The notes beneath the pieces were generated by a model. It was not told the DNA's origin and did not search any database. It was given only the letters and a program-made list of their open reading frames with translations. A program made the translations under genes and the position numbers. A stretch of 59,974 nucleotides of DNA, the filler included, from Catajapyx aquilonaris (taxonomy: Eukaryota): the NCBI GenBank assembly GCA_000934665.2. It is 3 parts of 3 records of this genome, joined end to end, with 100 filler letters (N's around TTAATTAATTAA, not from the genome) between each part and the next. Parts side by side here need not be neighbours in the genome. Positions count along the whole stretch, not along the records: positions 1 to 15,635 come from KZ539686.1; positions 15,736 to 31,337 come from JYFJ02007450.1; 1 more part is not named here. The stretch is one strand, 5' to 3'. Shown piece after piece: positions 13,330 through 26,963 of this stretch (positions are counted from its first letter, which is position 1; each line of letters starts with the position of its first letter).

Positions 13330-13738
13330 TGGGGTCTCCATAAGGCTGGGGTATGAGTGTCAGGGGGCTGATCTAATGTGTTAACAAAGTTTGTCGTAAT
13401 TAACCAAGGTCTTGCAAAGGCATCACTGGACAGTAGCTGGAATAATCAATTTTTCAAGACCCTCTAGTAACTGTATAATAAAGACTGCATATAACATTTC
13501 ATTGCTGTGGTTAGTTTCAATTCAGAGGAAGCTGCTGCTTTTTTTTACATCTGTCACACTGGGCTCATTGGTGAAGGGATGTGGCGGAAGGCATATGCAC
13601 GTACTACAAAATGACCTAATCAGACACATCACAAAAAAATTACAGCATTGTACAATGTGGTATTCACATTGGTAGGCTACAAAAGATTTTTCATATGGAC
13701 AAGAAATCTTAAAAAGTTGAAGGCACGTCAACATTTAA

Positions 13739-14231
13739 GGGGGCGCATTAGTAAAAAAATACGGTAACAATCGGTAACAATGCGAGCCCTTGGCGACTAC
13801 ATAAACAAACTCGCGTTTGCATGGACATCATATGGGGATTCGACATGTCCACGCTTCGGCGGCCTTACGGACACAAAAACAAAAATTACACCAAAAAATA
13901 GGACATGATCTGGCGCAGGTCACCTTCGGCGTCATTTTCCCATTTTCGGCCTAGAAGTGACCTTTTCATCGAGTTGAAGTGAAAGGAAAATGGAGTTCCC
14001 GAAAAGCCCATTTGAATAACATGGCGGCAGGAACGCGACTATTTCGGGAACGCTTCGGCGCCCGTATGTCCACAATTTTAATGCAATCATATCGAGTATG
14101 GTACCATAGTAAAGGCCAAACCTTTCCGCAGGGCACCTTTGGCGTGATTTTTCCGATTAACCGTCCGTTTCGCCACAAAAAATAAAATTCCCTCAAAAAT
14201 GCGCCTACCGTATTTTTACTCATGCGCCCCC
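13739..14231. mobile_element. Non-autonomous DNA transposon with TTAA target duplication (Kolobok-like termini)
   Basis: TTAA-GGGGGCGCAT(T/G)AGTAAAAA..TACGGTA TIRs, with TTAA at 13735-13738 and 14232-14235. The purine start argues against piggyBac. Confidence 0.75.
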
Positions 14232-15964
14232 TTAACCGCATTATATTAAAGCCTATTCTCTAGGGCAGGGCTTTCCAAACTGTGTGTCGCGATCCACAGT
14301 TTGCATTTTTCTAACTACATCATGTAAATGTCATAATATATTAGAGTTACAGTAACAGGTCCAATTCGGTAGTTCTAATAGCGGATGGCCATCTACAAGA
14401 GGTGGAAAAATCAACTATTTTGCAGAAATGCTGAGAGAAAATGTTTTTTTTTTTTTTTTTTTTTTTTTGATACGATGATCTAGTTAATGCCATTTTTGAA
14501 CCGCAAGTCCCAGTTAAGGTTGGTCTAATGTATTTTTCTTGACAAGGAACTTGTTTTACCACAGCCAGAAATAACCAATAGCTCTTTATAGCAGCTGATT
14601 ATGAAATTGGAGTATTACTTAAGCAACAAATAACAATGAATTTATTAGCGGAGCTAATATGCAGAACTGGTTAAGATAGAATTGTATTTTTAATTTACAG
14701 GAGGAGGGGGGGGGGGGGGACATGCTTTCTTTCAGTTGAACATAGCTGTTTTAGCTCTTCTGCTTCATAAATTCTTGCCAATGTTCAAAAGTCATCTGTG
14801 CCTTAAAAACTACTTGAGCAAAAGATGCATACTGTTCCCTAATATAGTCACCAACTGGTCAACTAAATGGCCTGTGACTACTTCACAAGCTAGTGTGAAT
14901 ACAATGTGTTCCAAGTTTTTGGGTCCTTTTAGTTATCGTAAATTACACCCAAAATTGTTATTTTTGTGTAGCTTTTTGTACCCCAATCGAGGTGCCCGAT
15001 TATGTAGCAGCTGCCATATTCAGCCACACCTGGGAATAATTGGGCACCTCAATCAAAGCACAAAAAGTTATACAAAAATAACAACTTCTGACAAAAATGG
15101 CTATAAAAATAAAAGGTCCATATATTTGGAACATGCTGTATGTAGAGTTAGTGCAAAAAGTTACGGACATCTCTAGAGGTTCTTTCCCACGTCGTTGTAC
15201 AGTACAGAACGTTATCACCATTTACTCTGACTATACACCGTGGTACTGTACCGTACAAGTATTAATACCAGAGTAGATGATGAATGGTAACGTACTCCTC
15301 AATGACCAGGGAAAGAACCTCTGGATATATGCCTAACTTTTCACGCCTTAAGGAGTCTACACATGGGTGTGTCTGAGCAACATCATTTATCCAGTAAATG
15401 AAGAGGTCATACTTTCTTCCTTTTTTTTTGATTCATGTCCCCCCAATAAGTGAATGCTTACTATTCAACTATGCAAATAACGAACCAGCATTATTTTGCC
15501 GTTGTAATTATGTATTTCAAAAGCAAACTGTAAGTTATATCCCACCAAAAACCTTTCTGTAAAAAAAAGGCCAAGTTCTCCTGACTGCTTGGCCGTCAAA
15601 AGTGGTGAGATCAGAAATACGGCCAAGTTCAACGTNNNNNNNNNNNNNNNNNNNNNNNNNNNNNNNNNNNNNNNNNNNNTTAATTAATTAANNNNNNNNN
15701 NNNNNNNNNNNNNNNNNNNNNNNNNNNNNNNNNNNATTGGGTCACAGGGTCATTTTGATCAGGTCACTATAGGTGCGTTTTTCATCCCTTGGGGTGGGCT
15801 ACCTATGCGCCGAATTTGAAGAAAATCGGTGAATTTGAAATTTTTTGAGTTGAAAAATGACCCAAGTTGGCAGGGCAAATCTCAGGACATCATATGATGT
15901 CCGTAGGCCATCCAGCAATGTAAGCTCGGACATCATATGATGTCCGTCGCCATCAAAGGGTTAA

Positions 15965-16210
15965 GCAAGAATATTTCCTGATCTAAGGGAGCCAAAGCAA
16001 TCAATAATACTAGGATGTCTGTATCTTGACTCACAATGGCACAGCTGTGTTTCTGAATGGCTGTCTGTACAATCAGTAGGTCAGCATCCCCAGATGACTG
16101 TCGAACCTCAATGTTAGCGTCCCGAAATGTATTGCTGAGGATAATGATCAACTGTTTCTTATTATCTGCATTCGTGAGAAATTTTTCTTGATTGGAGCAA
16201 ATTGGAGTGG
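15965..16210 (-). mobile_element. DNA transposon protein fragment (Academ-type XPG/PIN-like segment)
   Basis: Translates as QEKFLTNADNKKQLIIIL...RQSSGDADLLIVQTA...SQDTDILVLL. The DAD...DTDxLVLL pattern is recalled from Academ-type proteins. No complete ORF. Confidence 0.55.
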
Positions 16211-16853
16211 TCTGTGTTATGTGAAACTTTGGTGAGCAATAGGTTCAGCGACTGACTACACTGGTATTTTCATGCATGAGTAATGGCTGATTCTGGTATG
16301 GGCATATGGTGACCTTTATTCTTGTCCTATACACCAATAAAAATAGACTTGTCTATTCTGTAATAAGATCACGTTTTCCTACCATATGATTTCTGACATC
16401 ACCACTGTGCACACGTTGATGTTTACCTTTGGCTCACCGGAGCTGGAGCATGTCATGATCTGCACAACGCAACTTGGTGCTCCTGGTGCTGTTGTACCAA
16501 GAAAAGCCTAATCGGCCAATCAATCAATTCTCACTCCGTTGAACGCAATATTATTAATAATGTAATTCAAAATTTTATAATTGTACAAGTGGAACCAGCA
16601 TTTATTGGTCACATTCAGCTGGCCACGAGGTGGAATCATGTCTGGCACACCTTGGAACAGAACCTGTGGTAAGCATTTCATTTTCTGCATACATTAACAT
16701 GGATATGAATGCATTTTTATTGTGCGGTTACATTACATGAGTTCAAACCAAAACCAAACCCAAAGAATAAAACTCTCGACAAGGTGTAGTACATATAATT
16801 CTTGCTTGTATTAGTGACATTACTTGGTATACTTGTCCTTGTAAGTTCCTTCT

Positions 16854-17737
16854 TCATCGGCGCTGTTTAAAAAGAAAGAAAAGTGTTACGACAATGTAGT
16901 AGAGTGACGAAATTAGTTACAGTTCGTGTAATATTGCAGCAGCATGAAACGTTATAAAAATTGACTGCTCCAGATGATAGTAGAAATTCGAAATATGTAA
17001 AAGTAATGCTACTCAAAACGAGATAACAATATATGCGTTTAAAGTATTATTTTGCGTTCTTTTCAGTGCTATTAAGAGCATTTTATGGCTAAATACTGTC
17101 TACGCAACCATATTTACGTGCTTTAAATTAATGCTTGAAACGAATAACTCTCACCGGAATATTATTGAATTACTTACCTCGAAGAAGAAGAACGCACGCA
17201 GATTGCAGTATCCTTTCAAAGAATTCTCGCATCCTGTTGTAGAAACTCTGACTCTTATCCCACCTGTAACAATCATTATGCAATAATTACCATTTTAAAC
17301 CTTCTTTCTGAAGAATTATGTGCGAAAAAAAAATCTGCGCAACATTTGAAAATTAATATTGAAATGGACTTAACGATGTTCAAATGTTCTGTACTATTTG
17401 CGAATAAATACTATGAAAGAAATGTGATCGGTTTACAAAAGGTTTGAAGAGACCTAAGAGAAATTACAACACATTCGTTGATTGAATGGAAAATTAATTG
17501 ATGTTAATGCAGTCAGTTAAAATCTTCTCTAGTTGTCTAGTACACAAATGTACTAATATCGACGTACCACAAGTACATTTTAGTAATATACGAGTATTAT
17601 TATTGTCTTCACACCCAGTTCACAAACCGAAGGAGAGTAGGAAGAAAAGTTAGGTAGGAAGATCTTACTTACCTGAGCCATTTCCGCAACGGCATGTTGT
17701 TTCTTCTGGCCATGCTTCTGTCCCTTACGACGACGAC
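16854..17737 (-). CDS. Putative alternative or paralogous 3' exon module of the secreted small-exon gene at 19660-21553
   Basis: AG/GTAAGT-bounded exons 17737-17673 (65 nt) and 17263-17178 (86 nt), last exon starting at 16862 (RR-stop in phase 0), AATAAA at 16721-16716. Flanking intron and UTR sequence is visibly homologous to 19490-20200. Reading frame is uncertain. Confidence 0.45.
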
Positions 17738-18581
17738 CTGCGAGGGAATATTATTTTGTAATGAAAGTTGGTTCACACACAAATACAGCTGGTACTGGCT
17801 GGTCGGAGTGGGTGAACTGATGAAAGTTTGTCCAAAATCTAATCTACTGAAAATATTGCACCGGCAATAGATTTTACACTTATTTTTGGAAAAATGAAGC
17901 ATTATTGAGACGTTCATCTGGATGGTAATCACCTTGTTGCTCTGCTGATTTTTCCGCTTGTTGTAGATCAAATGATGACGCAAATTGTGCAGCAGCATTG
18001 ACTTACATTTTACTGTGATAACCGAAACAATATTTTCAAAATTGAAAACAATTTTACGCTGGCAAAAGTATATTTTAAGTATGTATAACTGCACCAGTGG
18101 GAACCGGTCTTTATTGGTCACTAGGTGGATATTGCAGTGCACATTTTGGCATTTTCTGACTAGCGAATATGTTGCTGTGCGCAGTCCGAAATAGTTCGAC
18201 GTGGATCGTCTTCATGTCTGGTCCTTTGTACACGTACAATACACACTCTTTTAGATAGACATGAATAGGGGTAATTAGCATCTTATCCTTGGAGGGAAGG
18301 CAGGTGTTGGCATGAATACTATTTGATGTGCTGGCCAGTAGAATTCAGACACGTCGTGGGGGTATGCAAATGGCACTTTACAATTAGTTTCGGGCAAGCC
18401 AGATCTCTGCCCGGGGAAGGTCACGAATAAAGGTGCACATTCCAACAATTATTGCACTTAGAGAATATTTAAAATAATGCAACCTCATAATTTTGACAAC
18501 ATAAGTTTTGGACACGCTCAGTCGGGGCACATCTTCACAAGTTATCTTTTCCTGACCCATGTGGTTTACTTCTTGTTTCAG

Positions 18582-18902
<321 letters not shown>

Positions 18903-19659
18903 GTAAGTTACATTATTAAGCTTGTGTTATTTTTTTTTTTACTTGGGTATATCCTACATTTTTGACAACCTCTTCTGTAGAGAAGTGATGTTTTGTTTTA
19001 AATGTTTATGTATAGTAGCCAACATGCCAGTCATTGCACAATTTTAAAAACTGGTGATCCATTTTAGGCATAACCGATCCATATGAGCAGGGAATGATTC
19101 GTTCACTCATCGTTCACTGGGCCTAGCTCTAGATATGCGATGGTAACCACTCAACACTGCTCCCTCTTCGTTGAGAGAGGCCCTCGATCTTGCAGTACAC
19201 TTCTTCACACTGCTTTGCTTGGTAGCCTTACATCCTGTGGTGAAGAGGAGGGCGGCCTCTACTCTTTGACATTTGACAACTTAAATCTCAGCTACCGTAT
19301 GTGAAATCGACCTTGGCAGGAGCTCTATCCACACAATGTCCTCGCGCTTCAACGTCTAGCAGCGAACCCACAAAATTATTTTTAAAATGTCCATGGTATT
19401 ACAACCTAGTTTTTTTGTGTGTGGACCATGCCCGTGAGGAATGAAGCGTTGGAATTGAGACACATCTTTACTTAGTTGCACATTGAAATATATTTATTGC
19501 GGTTATAATATTATATGATTTTAAACTCAAACCAACCCAAACTACATAGAATAAAACTGTTAACAATGTGGAGCACACTATAATTAATGGATGCATTAGA
19601 CGATTAGAGAATCAGGTCCGTGTCCATGATATGGAAGTGGTCGAATGCAGAGCTGATCC

Positions 19660-21553
19660 TTAGCCCCGTAGGCCAAAGAAAAATTTGAAACATTCCTAAA
19701 ATGAGAAAGAAAGAGTATTACAATATTGTAATATATATGAATAGATAAATAGATAAATAAATAAATAAATAGCTGCAGTAGGAGACATTTTAGTAAATTA
19801 TGCGATAGGCTGCTACTTACACACCACAGAGGAAACTGGACCAGATCTAGACCTGATCCGCTATTTTGGCTACACAGTATTTGTTAGCCTTTGTGATGTG
19901 CGGTTGATACACTACATTTTGAGGAATTTTTAGTTCGTCTTTCGTGATGAAAATGTTATACTGTATACCTCCCATTTGTGTGCTATTATAACAACATTTG
20001 CCGAGCATTTTGATGGATGAAGTTCTGGCTAAGCATACACATTTACGTGCTCACAAAGAAAAGAACTGTCACCGAAATATTATGAAATTACTTACGTCGA
20101 CGAAGAGCTTGAACTTGAACAACCATCCTCCGTTGCCAAAAAGCCAACCTGAAACGATCAAAATTCAATAAGTAGCATTTTCTCTCTGCAGAATCATGCG
20201 ACCTCTCAATTACTCGTCAACTCTTCAATATTGCTTCACTACTACTATAAAATAATACAGGCATCACTTTGTATTAATATGTCATTGTTATTATAATATT
20301 CTCACTGTATTATCATTCTTATGCAATAACTCCTGCAAGAAAGAAGCTCAGACAAGACTTTCACGGATAACTCCGCCATTTCTGTACAGTAATACCCATT
20401 GTTAACTGATGGATTGTTACAAGTCGTACATACCGATATTATAATTTTCAAAGCCTTCGTTCGATGACCCCGATGAACCTGACTTGGCCGCAGTCAGATC
20501 TGTGGAGGAAGATTATTTTATAAACCATTATTAACTCTCGGTCCTTTATATTTAAAATGAGGCCTTATTGGGATGTGCATGCTAAATAGAGGCAACTTCT
20601 TCGCGTGGATTTGGATGGTCAGGAGAGCATACCTCCAGTCCCTCCACTGCCTGCTGTCTTGGTCAGATCTGTGAAAGAAGAGTATTAATAAATGAGTGCG
20701 GTATTACTATTGACACTTGGGACTATCGCCAATTTTGGATGATTTCACACCGGACGAACTGACCATCAAGGATTGGGAACTATCAAAAGCTGGATCAAAA
20801 GCTGTGTTCTCAAGCTTGTACCAACTATTCACACTTTTTTTTCTGTTGAACTGTTAAAAACAAAAGTGTGTCCAAATCATGAAACTTTTGCACTCCCCAT
20901 CGTTTTTGCAGTTTAAAATTTTAAAATTTTGGCCTTATAATTGAGAGGGGCATGCCAAATCGACATAACTCATCCGATTTGATTTGGATGGTCAGGAGAG
21001 AATAATATTATTCTAAAATGATGAAAATCGTCATTGTATTGTGTAACTGTATGGTACTTACCTGATGCTGCTGCTGGTGCTGCTGGTGCTGCTGGTGCTG
21101 ATCCGTTTGGTGCTGCTACGTTTGGTGGTGCTGCTGGTGCTGCTGGTGCTGCTAGTGCTGATCCGTTTGGTGCTGCTACGTTTGGTGCTGCTACGATTGG
21201 TGGTGCTTGATCTAACAATCCTTCACACAAAAGAAAAGTCTCAAATTAAAATGCACGGAGTCTTGGCACACATATGAGTCAATGAATTCAAAGCTCCCCA
21301 ATGAGCAAGACACCTCTCTGAACCATGTCTGAGCTTCAGGTGAAAGTGAACCAGTCAAACATACTAATTAATTCAGGAACAATCATGTACATAAACGTCA
21401 CATGTCTTTGTGGATCTAACTCTTTGCGAGCTCTGTTCAGAAGACGTGGCTTCAATAGAACTTGGATTTACCTGGCATTGGTACTGCAGCGTAGTCATTG
21501 ACCAAAGTGGCCAGCACTACCAAAGTCACAGCGATCCGCAGAGAAAGACCCAT
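19660..21553 (-). CDS. Secreted Ala/Pro-rich peptide precursor, 6 small exons, about 140 aa
   Basis: Exons 21553-21472 (signal peptide MGLSLRIAVTLVVLATLVNDYAAVPMP), 21211-21062 (150 nt), 20668-20633 (36 nt), 20499-20434 (66 nt), 20148-20096 (53 nt) and 19695-19660 are all GT-AG and give one open frame of 141 codons. TATAAAA at 21641-21635; AATAAA near 19495. Confidence 0.7.
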
Positions 21554-22652
21554 CTTGTTGGAAGACTTCTGAGCGAGTAGACGATGCTAGAGGATCTAGA
21601 TGAAGAATGGAAAGAAATCCTCAATTACCCCTGCTTTTATACAGAAAATTTCTCATGCCGTGGATACGGTTAGAACTGTAGAGCGAAGCGTGGAAACACT
21701 TGTCGAATTAATTAAACGATGTGAATCATTTGAAACACCTGCAGAAATTTCCATTTTCCATTTCTCCTATTCACTGCCAACTGCTGAATACATTACCCGA
21801 CTTGAATCGCACTAACCATATGACTTACAGTTAACCTTTACAATTGGAGCAAAAAATTAATTGCCAAAATTTTGCAAATGAGTCTGAGATCAAAAACAGC
21901 CAAGTCCCCTTGGAAAAAAACTGGTCGTAAAATGTTTCACTGGTACAATCTTTAAATATTTTACGTCCATGTGTTGCTGTAGTTCAGCTACATGCGCAAG
22001 TGTGCAATTAATACCCAATGACATTAAAAGACATGATTTCTGCACGTACTTGTGTTTACACTTCCAAAAGCGAACTTGCTTCTTTTTGATCTCAGACCCC
22101 TCAAATTACATATGGACCAAATGACAGTTCAAAAATGTTCACTTGCGACAGGAATATTTTTCCGTGATTAAATTCAATTGTTGCAGCTTTAAAATATATA
22201 AATTAAAATCTTTTCATTGTACTAGGGATGTGTCAGTGCAAATAGTTGAAGGACAAGGTTAACCTCCTCACAGTCACACGTGCCTACTGTTTCTGCAGAT
22301 CCCATTAAATATGCAACTTTTAAATTCTGAAATTCTTGAAACAGATCATATGGAATCTCTAAGTAGGACATGAATAGAATGTAATTAGCATTTTTATTAT
22401 TGGAGAAAAAGGCAGGTGCTGAATATCATTAGATGTGCTGGCATTGAGCAGGGTTCAATGCCAAGTGCATGACCAGTAGAGACACGTGCTTTCTGCAATG
22501 ATTAGGATCTGTAATTGGGATCAACACTTTAGCTAAAATTCCCAATTGTTGCAGGTATCCATGGATAATGTTATATCCGTCCGTGGTCGAGGCAGACATA
22601 TGAATTTTCTGGAGCAAGAACAACTTTGCATTCCAGTTCTTTGCAGTATAAG

Positions 22653-24473
22653 ATGCCTAAGAAAGGGAAGGGCAATGGCAAGAAGGGACGCAAGTCCACC
22701 GGAGGAGACGAACCTTTAGATCCGAACGTCCTGTTCGACATGCAGGAGGAGTTGAATTCCCTTTTAGATGAACTCATAGACTACAGGTCTGAAGTTGATA
22801 AACTGACGGAAGAGAACTACCAGTTGACACAACAGAGTTTGCAGACACGCGAGGATCACAATGAGTGAGTTAGCCTGGTTGCTAAACCTGGTTAAAACCC
22901 AGAAATATATGTTGCTAAATGTATTTTTTTTTAAACTTATAGATGAATATTTTTACGAGCGCAACCGAGTGCGTAACACAGTTCGCGAATCTGGCACTTT
23001 TGGAATTACCAATATATGGTAAGATCTCTGTATAGTGGGTGTGTAGCTCTGCACTTATTTCCAACGCTACGCTTGAGGACGACGTTTGCGACGTTGCCAA
23101 GGCTCTGGAACGAACCTCAGAGGATACTGGTCTGGCCCCTAGCGAGTAACTCTGACAACGTTGCTGTCAGAACAATGGAGCTGCGCCAGTGTGGGTGCGC
23201 ACTCGGTTGCACTCGTTAAAACAAATCAATCCCCTTATTCTCTCTGTCCTCTTCTTTGTCCGTGTCGACTCATCGCCTAAGTAGTACTTATTACCATAGT
23301 TTTCACTTTCCCCGTTCAATAATGAGAGGACATGCAGCGGTCAGAGAGGGTGGGACCCACTTCAATGGAGGCGAGACATGGGGTCGTTTATAGCACCATC
23401 GTGGGCTTTGTCCGCGCGGAGACTCATCACCAACGTGCATGTAGTACTACTTTCCCCCTGCAAAATAGAGCATCGAAAGTTTCCTCCATATGCCCGCCTT
23501 CAATTGATGTATGTTCAAGCAAAGGCGACCATGCGGAGGGCACATTTTGATTCGCTCGTTTGCCGCCATAGGCTTACGGCGCCACCAGTGCGACACCTGT
23601 TAAAATCTGATGTTACAGGTACATGGACGAGTCTAGGAAGCGAGTCGAAACCACGCTGGCAGAGATAGAAGATCTGAAAAGAGTGATCAGAGAGCAGGAG
23701 GAGGAGGCCGAAAGATACAGCATAGAGGTTGTGGACAGCCTCGAAAAGGAGTTGCATATTCTGATGGTGGAGATAGACAATAAGGCATACGAAACCGTCA
23801 TGCTCAAGAAGAGACTCTCTGACATGGAGCCATACAAGTAAGGCGCGTCTGTTTATGGCCATTGACGCAAACATTTTCGCCCAATCGTTGCAGAGAGATA
23901 CAAGAGACGCAGCTGGGACTCCTTCAGACTCTGCAGTCCGATCTGGAAGATCACAAGGAAATGCGCAACCTTGAAACGCGAGAACTCAAAAACGGTCTCA
24001 GCAGGTGTGACTCAGTTAGGTTAGGTTAGGTTATGCTCTTCTGACCAACACCTTTTGTCCACAGAGAGCGTCGCAACCTGGAACGTCTCCTGAGACGTGA
24101 TCTGAACATCTTGTCCGTCGATATTGAGAGGCACGTCAGACCCTGCATGGCTCAGCGTCTGCAGATGATCCGCGACAGCAGCACCTTGTCGCGCGACCAT
24201 TTTATGGCCATCCTGAAGAAAAAGTGTGTCTTGGAGAGTCGAAAGGACATGCTGGTCAAGCTGGACAAGTCTCTGGAAGAAGAGAACCAATATTGGTCCG
24301 ACCTGAACTCGATCCATCAGAAGGAACCGTTAGTCAGGCCCGATTGGGAGATAGACCAATATGAAGAGGAATTGGAGTGCGAGGTGACCTCGGAGTCTGA
24401 CCAGAACAGACTGTCCGGAGGTCAACCAAGGCCTTCACAGCCGAACACATCATTCGTCGATTCCGACCCCTGA
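22653..24473 (+). CDS. CCDC166/CCDC121-like (DUF4515) coiled-coil protein, 4 exons, 316 aa
   Basis: Exons 22653-22864, 23619-23837, 23894-24004 and 24065-24473 join in frame. Starts MPKKGKG. EVDKLTEENYQL and DMEPYKEIQETQL align with recalled CCDC166 segments SVDQVLRENAFL and ELQPYKVLQLEQL. Confidence 0.7.
22945..23222. mobile_element. Unclassified MITE in intron 1 of the CCDC166-like gene
   Basis: Inverted ends TTTACGAGCGCAACCGAGTGCG and CGCACTCGGTTGCACTCGTTAAA. Related ends occur near 9670, 24750 and 30670. Confidence 0.5.
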
Positions 24474-24988
24474 AAGCACTCGAAGAGCGACACGTCGGTA
24501 CAGGAATCTGCAGAGGAATAGTAATTTAAGGAAGTAAAGGTGTCTAAATTACGAGTCAACAAGTTCTTTTACTCAGCTGGGTTTACGTGGGCGCAGTGCC
24601 GGATTTAATTTGGAAAACATGGGGGGAGGGGGAGCTTAAGAAATCTTGCCCCCTTCCGAAATTCCTCCCCCTCCCCCTTAATGTGTGCACCTTGGGGAGT
24701 AACTCGGGCAGCTGGTATCACAAAAGAGGAGCTGCGCGATTGAGGATGCGCAATCGCTTGAGCTCATTTAAAAATTTGGTCTTACGGATCTGGCCAGGGA
24801 GCATATACTACATAAGAGGCGCAAACTTCTGTCGGCGCCTTTGATGTCCGCGTCTCTCTGTTTGGGGCCGTTGCCAAGGCTGGCGGCCATTTTGAAGTGT
24901 GGGCAACGCCAATGAGGTATAAATAGGGTATGCAGGCAAAAATAGGGTCCGCCATCTTTGAAGGTTTTGCTGGCCATGGCAACTACAC

Positions 24989-26963
24989 TAGTCCGGGTGC
25001 TAAGGGGTTGAACTTTGCATTTTGTGACAAAAGTATGAAACTCGGTACACTTGTTCTTTGGACACTTCTGATCATATCTGGATGTGGAGCCACGATGACC
25101 CACCCCGGTGGAGGTCCATTTCGCAGGGTTTCCATAACTACCAGATGCAGCATCCTTTTAGGACCTTGTATTGGGTGACAAAAATATGAAACTCGCCCCA
25201 ATTGGTCTTTGGACACTTCTGAACATGTCTGGATGTGGGGCCATGATGACTGACCCCGCTGTGGGTCACTTGCAGGGTTGCCAGATCTAACGGACCAAAC
25301 ATACATCTCTGCGAGGATCATGTGAATTGGGAGCTTGCATTCGGTGATAAAAACGTGAAACGCGGTACGGTAGTTCTTCGAACACATCTCAACATATCTG
25401 GACGTGGGGTCACGGTGGGTGACCCCTGGTGGCCTCGCCAGGGGTCACTATCGCGGAGTTGCCAAATCGAACATGTGTTGCACACATTTACATGAATAAG
25501 GGCCTTGAATTCGGTGATAAAACACTGATAAAACATGAAACTCGCCCCAATTGGTCTTTGGACACTACTGAACATGTCTGGAAGTGAGGCCACTATGGAT
25601 GACCCCTCTGGGGGTCACTCGCAGGGTTGCCAGATCTAATGGGCTCTCTAAGTAAACTATGTGAATAGGGAGCTTGCATTCGGTGACGAAGACGTGAAAC
25701 TCGGTACAATATAGTTTTTTGCACACTTCCGAACATATCTGGACCTGGGGACACGATGACCCACCCCGGTGGAGGGCACTATCATGGTGTTGCCAAATCT
25801 AACAGACTGTGCAACATGAGTTTATATTTTGATAGGGAGCTTGCATTTGGTGACAAAGACGTGAAACTTGGTACGTTAGTTCTTTGGACACTTCCGAACA
25901 TATCCGGACGTGGAGCCACGATGACCCACCGAATGCACGCTCATTATTTAAATATAAACACATGTTGCACATTCTGTTAGATATGGCAACCCTGCGATAG
26001 TGCCCTCCCTCGGGGTGGGTCATCGTGGCTCCACGTCCAGATATGTTCGGAAGTGTCCAAAGAACTAACGTACCAAGTTTTATGGCTTTGACACCGAATG
26101 CAAGCTCCCTATCAAAATATAAACTCATGTTGCACAGTCTGTTAGATTTGGCAACACCATGATAGTGCCCTCCACCGGGGTGGGTCATCGTGTCCCCAGG
26201 TCCAGATATGTTCGGAAGTGTGCAAAAAACTATATTGTACCGAGTTTCACGTCTTCGTCACCGAATGCAAGCTCCCTATTCACATAGTTTACTTAGAGAG
26301 CCCATTAGATCTGGCAACCCTGCGAGTGACCCCCAGCGGGGTCATCCATAGTGGCCTCACTTCCAGACATATTCAGTAGTGTCCGAAGACCAATTGGGGC
26401 GAGTTTCATGTTTTATCAGTGTTTTATCACCGAATGCAAGGCCCTTATTCATGTAAAGGTGTGCAACACATGTTCGATTTGGCAACTCCGCGATAGTGAC
26501 CCCTGGCGAGGCCACCAGGGGTCACCCACCGTGACCCCACGTCCAGATATGTTGAGATGTGTTCGAAGAACTACCGTACCGCGTTTCACGTTTTTATCAC
26601 CGAATGCAAGCTCCCAATTCACATGATCCTCGCAGAGATGTATGTTTGGTCCGTTAGATCTGGCAACCCTGCAAGTGACCCACAGCGGGGTCAGTCATCA
26701 TGGCCCCACATCCAGACATGTTCAGAAGTGTCCAAAGACCAATTGTGGGGAGTTTCATGTTTTTGTCATCCAATACAAGGTCCTAAAGGATGCTGCATCT
26801 GGTAGTTATGGCAACCCTGCGAAATGGACCACCACCGGGGTGGGTCATCGTGGCTCCACGTCCAGATATGATCAGAAGTGTCCAAAGAACAAGTGTACCG
26901 AGTTTCATACTTTTGTCACAAAATGCAAAGTTTGGTCAAATTTGTCCCTTAGCACCTGGACTA
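24989..26963. mobile_element. ~2-kb foldback (palindromic) non-autonomous DNA transposon with TAG...CTA termini (Academ-like), nested in an older palindromic element spanning ~24786-27130
   Basis: Termini TAGTCCGGGTGCTAAGGG and CCCTTAGCACCTGGACTA, flanked by CAC on both sides. Arms of ~950 bp are built from subrepeats; central spacer 25931-26014. Confidence 0.8.

Noticed and set aside
15636..15735. TTAATTAATTAA island inside N runs (also 31382-31393)
   Set aside because: The same linker occurs within two gaps; it is an assembly or scaffolding artefact.
16438..16507. Minus-strand AG/GTGAG-bounded 70-nt segment as a further peptide exon
   Set aside because: It lies beyond the polyA signal, its length does not fit the phase pattern, and it has no homologous flanks.
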